Source: Chiloscyllium plagiosum
Lineage: Eukaryota
Reading direction: 5' to 3'
DNA: 64,000 nucleotides
Assembly (NCBI RefSeq): GCF_004010195.1
Contig: NC_057719.1
Coordinates: 25,258,809 to 25,322,808, forward strand
The notes below the pieces were generated by a model, which saw nothing but the letters and a program-made list of their open reading frames with translations, was not told the DNA's origin and did no database searches. Position numbers and translations under genes: made by a program. Positions 62,481 to 64,000 of this stretch are shown in pieces. The stretch's first letter is position 1. Each line of letters starts with the position of its first letter.

Positions 62481-63655
62481 TTATATATATTTTATTAAAA
62501 CACTACAAAATACAGTTAATAAACAAAGCAGTTCACAAAAAAAATATACAGGGGAAAAGGCAACAAAGCCAAATGTCACTCTTCAACCAGTTTTCAGGGA
62601 GAGGAGGACACACCTCAAATCTCACTTGTAAATCATTACAAAGATAACAACAATAACAGTCACAGACAAGACAGACAGTGCATAGAACACAGACCCAATA
62701 TAGCTATAGAAAAGAAGACATTTGTCATCTGTCCACACCACACACAGATCAGATGCCTTGGCCCCAACCACCCTGCATACTAACCCAGACCATCCCCCCA
62801 GGCCAACCATCAACCCTCCGGCTCCTGACTGCTCAATGTACTAACTAGCCCACTCTGACCTGCACTCAATTACAAAACCCACATACATTAATACAATTCT
62901 TAAAATCCTCACAACAGTTTCCAGTACCAAGGCAGAGACCACACCTGAAGACAGAGTCTATTCCAACTAGCAGCAAATGGATACCCTGCAGTGCGCACCC
63001 AGGTGTTCAGTCTCGATGGAGGCCTGATCCATCCATAGAGAACCAAGCCCACTCACAGGAACACAGTACATTGTGAAGCTGCAGTTAACTCACAGGAGTT
63101 TGGTCCACTCCTGAAGGCAGAGTCCACACCACACACACTCAGGTGTTCAGTCTCCACAGAGGCCAGGTCCATTCACAGGAACATGGTACATTGTAAACGC
63201 ACAGTTAATTCACTTGGGGGATAGTCCACTCCTGGATGCAAAGTCCACTTCAGTATGCAGCAATTGCTCACCTCCCAGCACGCACACAGGTGTTCAGTCT
63301 TTACAGAGGCCTAACCATACAGGAACAGCACATCTGGAAAGATGTATTTTCTCACGAGGGCTCAATCCAAACACAAATGAGAAAACATTAAAAAAAAAAC
63401 CTGAGTGCAAGAGCTAAGCCCTGCCACAAAATCAACATACTCTTGAGAAAGGACCAACACACAGCCAGTGAAACAGCAGTTCCCCAATAAGAAATGAGTT
63501 ACGCCAGTAACACATTGACTGACTGACTTTTTTAAACTGGCTGATTTAAACAAAGAGGAATGCCAGTTAACAAACTGGTGATATGATTCAGCCAGTTCAG
63601 AAATCATGTTTTCCCCAAAACAAACAGAAACCAACAGTAGCAGTATGCATTTGAT
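62480..63655 (-). mobile_element. Unclassified insertion, possibly the 3'UTR of an L1/Tx1-like element, with ~140-147-bp tandem units
   Basis: The minus strand ends in T-rich sequence plus AATAAAAATATATATAATAAAA abutting the LTR; CAGGTGTTCAGTCT recurs at 63000, 63140 and 63287; no ORF recognised. Confidence 0.4.
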
Positions 63656-63659
63656 GTGG

Positions 63660-63870
63660 GCAGCCAGCTCAGAGTCAGTTCCCTCACTGAGGCAAATGGA
63701 GTGTCATTGACACTGATCCAGCTCTGAGAACAGAACCTCTGACACTCCTATTTATTGTTTTTCCCCTGTCACCAAATCACCCTTTATTTACATGTGCACA
63801 TAGACTATCTCTGACCAGCCCAGCTCCAAGCCAATCCCTAGAATGATGAGACTGAATCCCCTGTGTATTT
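63660..63870 (-). mobile_element. Tandem fragments of the solo-LTR family
   Basis: CAGCTCAGAGTCAG; GACACTGATCCAGCTCTGAGAACAGAACCTCTGACACTCC; GTCACCAAATCACCCTTTATTTACATGTG. Confidence 0.65.
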
Positions 63871-64000
63871 TATTAAACATTACAGTTTATAAACAATTAA
63901 CATTAACAGCTGTATAGAGCAATCAAGGACAAGGAGGCTCAAATCCCACTTTCAGTTTCACAAACGTAACAGTAACAAATACATACAAGACATTCCAATT

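Noticed and set aside
62940..63335. CRISPR-like repeat-spacer pattern
   Set aside because: The units are homologous along their whole length, the DNA is vertebrate and no cas genes are present.

Overview
Eukaryotic genomic DNA from a shark or other elasmobranch (inferred from HE1-type SINEs and HER1/CR1 LINEs; probably a carpet/bamboo shark). The window holds the last seven coding exons of ITPK1 (inositol-tetrakisphosphate 1-kinase) on the + strand: 50-167, 20125-20223, 23975-24015, 37431-37596, 38360-38427, 42286-42448 and 54393-54709. All introns are GT-AG and the spliced 972 nt are in frame (323 aa + TAA). A long, repeat-free putative 3'UTR follows. The introns are dense with repeats: two tRNA-derived SINE families with their partner LINEs, CR1 and L2 fragments, pogo/Tigger-like MITEs, a solo-LTR family and two decayed Gypsy pol relics. 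The most interesting signal is about 13 short elements in three sequence families, many of them palindromic, that carry minimal hammerhead-ribozyme cores of the Penelope-like-element type. Many are flanked by 7-16 bp target-site duplications, suggesting short non-autonomous ribozyme-bearing retroelements. Other oddities are a head-to-head double-tailed SINE insertion and an apparent insertion hotspot inside the solo LTR. Almost all other ORFs in the track are repeat-derived or chance. Repeat boundaries are by-eye estimates, and comparisons with human ITPK1 are from memory and unverified.
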